From Camelus ferus (Eukaryota): a stretch of DNA of 64,000 bases. The stretch is from NCBI RefSeq assembly GCF_009834535.1, contig NC_045698.1, positions 7,380,001 through 7,444,000 of the forward strand. The letters are read 5' to 3'. A model generated the notes under the pieces. It was not told where the DNA came from. It was given only the letters and a program-made list of their open reading frames with translations, and did no database searches. Positions 62,804-64,000 of the stretch are shown here, in pieces. The number at the start of each line of letters is the position of its first letter. The first letter of the stretch is position 1. Made by a program: the position numbers and the translations under genes.

Positions 62804-63274
62804 TGTCGACTAAAACAAAAACGCACAATATAAAAGTTATGAGTTGACTTTTATTCGGGGACCTTCCTGAGAGGTAGGAAAACCTCTTCTCCCAGCCTCT
62901 GGGAGACAGCCTCTCAGACAGCTCTGAGGGACTTCTCTGAAAGAGGTAAGGGGAAGAGACAGGATATATATCAATTTTTTGCTGGAAAAAACATGGAGTC
63001 AAACATCAAAAGATTACTGCTAGTCACGAAGAACAGACACCTAGAGTTCATGATTTTTGTGCTTTTCTATGTTTGGAAAGAAGCAAGAATCTGGGATCAT
63101 TGAAATTTTTCCTTGGATGCATATCTTAATCATCTAGGGGCCACTATCCAAAGCACTGAATCCTTCCTTTTATCCCCATCCTTAATTACCCTGTTGCTGG
63201 GTGATTGCAGTAGCTTATGACTTGATTCTTGTAGGACTGGAAGGGCAGGCAGGCAACATTTTTCCCCCTTTACA
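62804..63274 (-). mobile_element. ERV1 solo LTR, MER41-like (laurasiatherian type)
   Basis: TG...CA termini with perfect 4-bp TSD gata (62800-62803, 63275-63278); gggagacagcctctcagacagctctgag, catcaaaagattactgc; minus-strand AATAAA near 62850. Confidence 0.85.
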
Positions 63275-64000
63275 GATAAAGTGAGAAAATGCTGTAAATA
63301 TCCTAAATATCAAGACTAGGGGATTGGTCAAATAAACACTGGTATACCCAGTAACAGAGCCAAATCTAGAACTATTATGGTTGCAATCCAACAGTGGAGG
63401 AGCCGTAATCGGGAGATGGTTCTATCTGATATCACAACCGCTCTTTATCCCAAGCTACACTGCCTCTGAAAAGAAAAAAATAAAATGCATTTCTCATTCA
63501 CCTCACGTGGGCTATTCTCTCGGCAAATAGGGCAACACATTTGGAGAAGCAGCTTCTGTAGAGCAGTTTATATCATAAGGCCAATGGATACTTCATTTTA
63601 ATAATAATGAAAGTTCACACTTACTGTGTGCTAAATTCCAGACAACGTGAAATGTTTAAAATCACTCTGGCATTCAATCTACCAGGGGAGGTGGGACCCT
63701 GGTTATTTTATGGGCAGTGGGGTGGGTTCACCATTTGCTTCACCATTAGGTTCCCCTCCACTCAATTTCCCTTCTAAACAAAGTTGGGCGGTGGGGGTGG
63801 GGGTGGAAATCACTACAGGTGCACTTGGTTTTCAGTCTTTAAATCCACTGCTTGTAATTTTAAAAGATCTTCCTGTTGTAGGTGTTACAGTTAGGCGGCC
63901 TATTTGAGAAATATAACTCAAGTAGTGAATTTTAATGGCTTGAAGACAAGTTATTTAACTAAATCAACAAGTTGTTTAATCACCATACATATGTAAACTT

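Overview
Mammalian (eutherian) non-coding DNA, most likely camelid: six copies of a short tRNA-derived SINE (GGGGAGGGTATAGCTCAGTGGTAGAG...CCCAGTACCTCC plus A-rich tail) match the camelid vic-1-type SINE, and the young L1 3' ends are cetartiodactyl-type. I found no credible host protein-coding exon. The only ORFs I recognise are decayed LINE-1 ORF2p C-terminal fragments. A large share of the window is interspersed repeat: 14 MLT1A-E solo LTRs, older MLT1J/K pieces, two ERV1-class and two MER21-group solo LTRs, L1, L2, MIR and several DNA-transposon fossils. The one repeat-poor block, about 41.1-46.9 kb, looks like a promoter or enhancer hub. It has a small CpG island with a 6x 11-bp EGR1/Sp1-site tandem repeat, a palindromic TATA, a perfect Maf T-MARE beside STAT/Oct/NFAT/Sox motifs, and a candidate minus-strand non-coding exon. 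I could not identify the host locus, and I see no evidence of a novel biological system. Repeat subfamily names come from remembered consensus sequences and should be confirmed with RepeatMasker/Dfam. Ends of old repeats are approximate.
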